DNA of 62,819 bases, filler included, from Sphacelaria rigidula (taxonomy: Eukaryota), in the NCBI GenBank assembly GCA_964200075.2. It is 11 parts of 11 records of this genome, joined end to end, with 100 filler letters (N's around TTAATTAATTAA, not from the genome) between each part and the next. Parts side by side here need not be neighbours in the genome. Positions count along the whole stretch, not along the records: positions 57,201 to 62,819 come from CAXNAA020025799.1; 10 more parts are not named here. One strand, written 5' to 3'. Positions within the stretch are counted from its first letter, which is position 1, and the number at the start of each line of letters is the position of its first letter. The notes under the pieces are model-generated. The model saw only the letters and a program-made list of their open reading frames with translations, ran no database searches and had not been told where the DNA came from. Position numbers and translations under genes: made by a program. Below are positions 61,551-62,819 of the stretch, piece after piece.

Positions 61551-62819
61551 TAGAATTCACCGCTGTTGATATGCTGTGCAGCCTTTATAGCACGCATACA
61601 ATATATTCCATACAGCATGGGCATGGTACTGGCAGAAAAAAACGTTCGAGGAGTGGCAGGGGTGAGCATTAAACTCGCGTTTTCAAGCTCCGGAGTGAAT
61701 CCGGTTGAACGCTGAGCTACCTGATTTGTGGACTCCTATCATATTATTTTGTGCTTATAATAACTATCGAGCAAACACTTCTCTGAACAAAAGCATACTC
61801 GGTTGGGTGATTTTGGTAACCTGCGGACCACGGGGTTCTTGAAAGCAATGTGCAGTGATATGCGAGGTATATACCTTCATATCAGCATCCACGTCTTGAG
61901 CGGAAGCGTCGTATCTAAACTCGTAGGCGTGTGGACATATACTCGATCGTAATCAGTGTGTCGGATCCCTATTCAGCAAAAGCTGTTGAGAATTATTCAT
62001 CCTTGAGCCCATGTGCATGGACAGGGGGGGCAAAAGGATGAGTCACTTTCAACAACTGTTTCTGCCTGTCGGATCCCATATGCTGATAACGGTGCAGTAT
62101 TCTGGATTTGCCCAGCAGCTGACGCTGCTCGTAGTAAATCTCCTTTCCCCCAATCTCCGGATGAATTGGAGGGCAAAGTGAACATTTATTTCGAGCTTCT
62201 TCTGCTGTTAGAATTTCAAATCTGCGAGTGTGCATGGGGTTTGCGCAGCAGAAGAAGCTGTTCGAAATATATTCTTTTTTCGCCCATTTCAAAAATGGGC
62301 GAAATAAATATCGATTTTGAACAGCTTCTTCTGCTGTTCGAAATAAAACCTTTTTTTGCCGGAATAAATTGGGCGAGAAAAGGATCTGTTTTGAATAGCT
62401 TATCCTGCTATCCAAAACAAATATCCTTTTTGCCCGGTTCAAATCGGGTGAAGAGGAATTTACGTCGGACAGGAGGACAAGCTATTGAGAATATATAGAT
62501 TTACAGATTTTGTACCAAACTGTTTCGAATTTTCGAAAAAAAAAAAGTCAGTCCTTTTTTAATCAAAACACTACCTCATGACTGTGCAGGGCTTTGCCGA
62601 CAAGCCTACACAGGGGTTTAAACCCAACCCTGGGGAAAACCCTATCTAAACGCTACGAGGGGTACAGGTTCGGATTGTCACTGTCAGGATTTCTCACATA
62701 GAACAACAAATTGCGCGAATTGAGGTCCAACTCCGAGATGAGGTTCAAGCTTAAAACAGTACTTTCCCCACACTTTCAGCGATCGTGCCCGATGACGTTT
62801 TTGTCGGCCTAATGCCCCT

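Overview
This window is not one locus. It is 11 unlinked eukaryotic contigs of about 5.62 kb (5621, 8x5620 and 2x5619 bp, size-sorted) joined by artificial 100-bp spacers (N44-TTAATTAATTAA-N44). The gene content and intron style suggest a brown alga or related stramenopile; this is an inference. Host genes appear only as spliced fragments: a multi-WSC-domain protein, a 2OG-Fe(II) dioxygenase, a cofactor-dependent phosphoglycerate mutase, the 3' end of COG3 (missed by the ORF track) and a possibly decayed cupin gene. Most other identifiable sequence is transposon-derived. There are two decayed Ty3/Gypsy elements (one with a chromodomain-like plus Tudor-like integrase tail), a solo LTR inside a 61-bp minisatellite, tRNA-derived SINEs, LINE 3' ends and many MITE families, several with readable TIRs and TSDs. 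The MITEs include GAG..CTC/4-bp Sola2-like, CAC/2-bp CMC-like, 8-bp hAT-like and a TGT..ACA/5-bp element carrying telomere-like repeats. Two relic transposase-like regions (Sola2-like and DUF6589/Academ-like) are also present. Family assignments come from recalled motifs, not database searches. No CRISPR array, rRNA or prokaryotic system is supported.
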